From Trichormus sp. ATA11-4-KO1 (GTDB lineage Bacteria; Cyanobacteriota; Cyanobacteriia; Cyanobacteriales; Nostocaceae), in the NCBI GenBank assembly GCA_019358915.1, contig JAHHIM010000073.1, forward strand, positions 192,001 to 256,000: a stretch of 64,000 nucleotides of DNA, written 5' to 3'. A program made the position numbers and the translations under genes. Shown one piece after another: positions 60,005-64,000 of this stretch. The number at the start of each line of letters is the position of its first letter. Within the stretch, counting starts at the first letter, position 1. The notes under the pieces are model-generated. The model searched no databases, had not been told where the DNA came from, and saw only the letters and a program-made list of their open reading frames with translations.

Positions 60005-62203
60005 TTAAATTAATTTATCTGGTGTGATTGGCAGGTCACGAATTCGTTTACCTGTGGCATGATACACAGCATTGGCGATCGCAGCTGCTACTCCGACTAT
60101 GGGTAGTTCTCCTAGGCTTTTGGTTCCGAGTGTGTTTACATGAGGGTCGTGTTCTGCAATGAATTGCACTTCGATGTTGGGGATATCAGTATGAACAGGA
60201 ATTAGGTAATCAGAAAGGTTTGCACCAACGATTCTACCTTGATGAGGATCAATGACGGTTTTTTCCATTAATGCCATACCGATTCCCCAAGTGATCCCAC
60301 CGATCACCTGACTGCGTGCTGTTTTGCAGTTGAGAATTTTCCCCACACTATAAACGCCTACGCAACGTCTAATTTTGATTTGTCCTAACAATTCATCAAT
60401 AGCTACTTCGATAAAGATGGCACCAAATGAGTGTTTGGAATATTTTTGGCTTTCTGGGTTGGGTGCATTTTCTTCTGTGACTTCTAAGCTAGCTAACCCG
60501 TGGCGGCGCAAAATTTCACTGTAGCTGTCTTGCTTAGAGGGGTCTTGTTGGGAAAACATTTTTCCTGACTCTACGGTAATATCTGCTACTGGAAAACCGT
60601 AAATAGGGGAATTGGGATCAGCTACTGCCATTTGCATCATTCTTTGTTTGGCGGCGCTGGCTGCTTGATGCACGGCTGGGGAAACACTACCCACAGTGAT
60701 GGAGTTACCTGTGATGGGGGCGTTGGGGAGATTGCTATCACCTAATTCAAACTGTACCTGCTGACTGGACAAGCCTAATGCTTCAGCCGCGACTTGAGTC
60801 ATGACTGTATATGTACCAGTACCGAGGTCTTGAGTACCAGTTTTGACTTGCGCCTCTCCGTTGGCAAAAATTTCTACCTTCACAGACGCTTTACCAGAGT
60901 TACTAGGAAATGTAGCACTGGCCATTCCCCACCCAATGAGGAAATCACCATCTCTCATGGAACGAGGAATTGGATTGCGTAGCGACCAACCAAACAGTTC
61001 TGCGCCTTGTTGGTAACATTGTTTGAGAGATTTACTTGACCAAGGTAATTGTGTATGTGGATCGATATCAGCATGATTTCGTAGTCGCAGTTCTATCGGG
61101 TCAATATTTAAAGCTGCTGCTAGTTCATCCATGGCCGATTCTAAGGCAAACATGCCTGGTGCTTCTCCTGGTGCCCGCATGAAGGTAGGCGTGATTGTAT
61201 TGATGCGGGCTAGACGGTATTTTACTTGCAGATGGGCACAGGCATACATCATGGTGGTGGGCGCACCTACGGGTTCCACAAAGTCATCGAAGATGGAAGT
61301 TAAGGATGTGCCAATATGATTAATTACACTCAGTTTTCCGTCTTGAGTTGCGCCTAAAGTCAGGTGTTGTTGAGTTGGTGATCTGTAGCCGCAAGATGTG
61401 TACATTTGCGATCGCGTTAACACAACTTTTACCGGACGCTTAACTTGACGAGCTGCGATCGCTGCCAAGATTGTATGTGACCGTAGTAAGGCTTTGCAAC
61501 CAAATCCACCGCCTAAATACTGGGAAATAACACGGACTTTTTCTTGAGGAATACGCAAAACTGCGGCGATTCCTCTTTGAGTTGCAAAAATACCTTGAGT
61601 AGTTTCATAGAGTGTCAAGTTATCCCCTGTCCACATCGCTAAAGTGGCAGCAGGTTCTAGGGGATTATGATGTTCCATTGGGGTGGTATAAATTTCTTCC
61701 ACCAATACTTCCGCTTGGGTTTTTCCAGATTCAATATCTCCTCTGGTAATTTTGCCAGGCATAATGCCAAAAAAGATAGATTCTGGCTCAAATATCTCAG
61801 CTTGGGCGATTGTAATTGTTGGTTCTGCGGCTTCGTAGCTAATTTTTATCAGTGAAGCAGCATATTCAGCCTGTTCTAAAGTTTCCGCAATGACAATACC
61901 CAAATGTTGACCACTATAGTAAATGTTGTCATCTTGTGTGGTGGGTAGATTTTCTGGAGTGGGAAAGAAGGGGATTTTTACTAAATTGGGAGTTTGCTGA
62001 TAAGTAATAATATCTATCACACCAGGGGCGGCGGCGGCGGTGCTTGTCTCTATTTGAATAACTTTACCTTTAGCGATCGCACTTTGGAAAATCACTCCAT
62101 GAGCCAAATTTTCTCTGGGTACATCGGCTGTGTAAGGTGCTTCTCCAGTAACTTTGAGTTTGCCATCAACGCGATCTAATGGTTTACCAATAATTTTACT
62201 CAT
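60005..62203 (-). CDS. Xanthine dehydrogenase family molybdopterin-binding subunit (PaoC/YagR-like)
   Basis: GGGFGCK, MRAPGE, QDLGTGTYT, TGKRIRDLPITPDKL. Confidence 0.93.
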   Translation of the reverse strand: MSKIIGKPLDRVDGKLKVTGEAPYTADVPRENLAHGVIFQSAIAKGKVIQIETSTAAAAPGVIDIITYQQTPNLVKIPFFPTPENLPTTQDDNIYYSGQHLGIVIAETLEQAEYAASLIKISYEAAEPTITIAQAEIFEPESIFFGIMPGKITRGDIESGKTQAEVLVEEIYTTPMEHHNPLEPAATLAMWTGDNLTLYETTQGIFATQRGIAAVLRIPQEKVRVISQYLGGGFGCKALLRSHTILAAIAARQVKRPVKVVLTRSQMYTSCGYRSPTQQHLTLGATQDGKLSVINHIGTSLTSIFDDFVEPVGAPTTMMYACAHLQVKYRLARINTITPTFMRAPGEAPGMFALESAMDELAAALNIDPIELRLRNHADIDPHTQLPWSSKSLKQCYQQGAELFGWSLRNPIPRSMRDGDFLIGWGMASATFPSNSGKASVKVEIFANGEAQVKTGTQDLGTGTYTVMTQVAAEALGLSSQQVQFELGDSNLPNAPITGNSITVGSVSPAVHQAASAAKQRMMQMAVADPNSPIYGFPVADITVESGKMFSQQDPSKQDSYSEILRRHGLASLEVTEENAPNPESQKYSKHSFGAIFIEVAIDELLGQIKIRRCVGVYSVGKILNCKTARSQVIGGITWGIGMALMEKTVIDPHQGRIVGANLSDYLIPVHTDIPNIEVQFIAEHDPHVNTLGTKSLGELPIVGVAAAIANAVYHATGKRIRDLPITPDKLI

Positions 62204-63177
62204 GATTCTGTTGCCACAACTGAAAGTGCGCGGATCAAAGCCCGTTTAACTAATTCAATTTTGAATTCGTTGTGTTGTTGCGGTTGCGCTTCTCTGACAG
62301 CAGCAACAGCAGCATCTGTAAACGTAGTTGCATTAATTGGTTTACCCTGAAGCAAGTTTTCTGCTTCCCAAGCCCGCCAGGGTTTAGGCGCTACTCCCCC
62401 CAAAGCTATCTTTGCTGATTTGATCATGTCCTGTTCTACGTCCAGCGCAATGGCAACAGAAACCAAAGCAAATTCATAGCTGGCGCGGTCTCTAATTTTT
62501 AGATAATACGATTGATAAATATAATGGGGTATTTCAATTGCAACAATTAGTTCTCCATCCTGTAAGATTGTCTCTGTTTCTGGTGTTTCGCCTGGTAAGA
62601 GATAAAAATCATGAATAGAAATTCGCCGTTCTGCTTCCATTCCTTGAACACAAATTACCGCATCTAATGCCGTCAGTGCCACAGCTAAATCCGAGGGATG
62701 TACGGCAATACAATGTTCACTAGTACCAAAAATGGCGTGCATCCGGTTGTAACCTGTAATTGCTGAACAACCGACACCGGGGTTACGTTTATTACAAGGA
62801 AAAACTGGATCACGAAAATAACCACAGCGCACTCGTTGCAGCAAATTTCCCCCCACCGTTGCCATGTTTCGCAGTTGGGGCGAAGCACTTTGTTGTAATG
62901 CTTGGGAAATTACTGGATAGCATTCCTGAATTTGGGGATGAAAAGCTACATCACTCAATTTAGCTACTGCACCAATGCGAATATTATTAGTTAATAATTC
63001 AATATTTGCTAAAGGCAAAGTATTAATATCAACTAATTTATTTGCTGTTGCTACTCCATCTTTCATCAAGCCGAGCAAATCTGTGCCACCAGCAATAAAT
63101 ACAGCATTTTTATCTTGTTCTACTGTAGCGATCGCAGCTTCTTTGGAAGTAGCTTGAGCATAACTAAACGGCTGCAT
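62200..63177 (-). CDS. Xanthine dehydrogenase family FAD-binding subunit (PaoB/YagS-like)
   Basis: IAGGTDL, ASPQLRNMATVGGN, RDRASYEFAL. Confidence 0.93.
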   Translation of the reverse strand: MQPFSYAQATSKEAAIATVEQDKNAVFIAGGTDLLGLMKDGVATANKLVDINTLPLANIELLTNNIRIGAVAKLSDVAFHPQIQECYPVISQALQQSASPQLRNMATVGGNLLQRVRCGYFRDPVFPCNKRNPGVGCSAITGYNRMHAIFGTSEHCIAVHPSDLAVALTALDAVICVQGMEAERRISIHDFYLLPGETPETETILQDGELIVAIEIPHYIYQSYYLKIRDRASYEFALVSVAIALDVEQDMIKSAKIALGGVAPKPWRAWEAENLLQGKPINATTFTDAAVAAVREAQPQQHNEFKIELVKRALIRALSVVATES

Positions 63178-63703
63178 CTTCCCTACCTTTTAATACATCA
63201 CAAATTGCCGCAATTATCTGAGGATAAGCCCCACAACGACACAGATTGCCACTCATTTTTTCTCGAATTTCCGCCTCAGATTTCGGTGTCTCTTCCAATA
63301 TCATCCCTAAGGCAGATACAATTTGCCCTGATGTACAGTAACCACATTGAAAAGCATCATAGGTGAGAAAAGCTGTTTGCAGAGGGTGGAGTTGGCCATC
63401 TGTTGCCAAACCTTCAATCGTAGTAATTGATGCACCAACATGCATGATAGCTAAAGTCATACAAGAGTTAATCCGCCGATTATTCACCAATACAGTACAA
63501 GCCCCACATTCGCCGCGATCGCAAGCTTTTTTAGTACCCATCAGACCTAGCTTTTCCCGCAGGGCATCAAGTAAAGTAACGCGGGGTTCTATTTTCAAAG
63601 AATAGGAGACCTGATTGACATTCAGCGATAAATCAACTTCCTCTGGCCCCAATATTTGCAATTCCTGGTTAAAAGAGTGGGAACTTATCGAATTTTCTGA
63701 CAT
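63164..63703 (-). CDS. Xanthine dehydrogenase family 2Fe-2S subunit (PaoA/YagT-like)
   Basis: CDRGECGAC, QCGYC, NLCRC; no twin-arginine signal. Confidence 0.93.
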   Translation of the reverse strand: MSENSISSHSFNQELQILGPEEVDLSLNVNQVSYSLKIEPRVTLLDALREKLGLMGTKKACDRGECGACTVLVNNRRINSCMTLAIMHVGASITTIEGLATDGQLHPLQTAFLTYDAFQCGYCTSGQIVSALGMILEETPKSEAEIREKMSGNLCRCGAYPQIIAAICDVLKGREDAAV

Positions 63704-64000
63704 TTTCAATACATTTGCTGTTATTACATATATTATCCCTCTTCAGGCTGTGAAACTTCACACAATTGTTGATTAACTTAGTAAATACAGCACTTAAGGA
63801 TATCATTTAGCTATAACAATCCTAAATCATTCATGAAATCTTTCTTCTCTTGGCGTATTTGGCGACTTGGCGGTGCGTAATTTTTTTAAACTTAATATAT
63901 TTACTAAAACTTTTATAACTTACGCAATAACTCTCTAAAACTTTTATTTCTTAGTATCCTTTGCAGTTTATTTCCTGCTTTTTTTATACACTATATTTCA

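Noticed and set aside
1..64000. High density of GCGATCGC and many short antisense ORFs
   Set aside because: HIP1 is a known genome-wide cyanobacterial feature; antisense ORFs are shadows of real genes

Overview
64 kb of AT-rich cyanobacterial chromosome, most likely a filamentous heterocyst-forming Nostocales strain (dense HIP1 GCGATCGC octamers, heptamer STRR tracts, psbV, hli). The backbone is housekeeping and transport genes: psbV, accD, pilD, leuB, ggt, aroE, dnaG, miaA, gatA, glcD/E/F, a PaoABC-like molybdoenzyme, three ABC systems and two tandem Ser/Thr kinases. The accessory layer is more interesting. (1) A cas-less CRISPR array (11 identical 37-bp repeats, one duplicated spacer) and an apparently fused antitoxin-AbiEii nucleotidyltransferase gene sit between the genes of a sugar ABC operon. 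(2) A C39-peptidase type I secretion locus (PCAT, HlyD, PPIase) is led by an IS630-like HTH protein with no catalytic domain and a Cys-rich small ORF; no double-glycine cargo is visible. (3) Three near-identical 173-bp MITEs carry 10-bp target duplications. (4) glcE carries two in-frame mini-insertions at what look like former HIP1 sites. There is also a canonical NtcA promoter, an HLR1 site, REP-like elements and three gene remnants. No tRNA, rRNA or cas genes were seen. All protein calls come from motif recognition by eye, not database searches.
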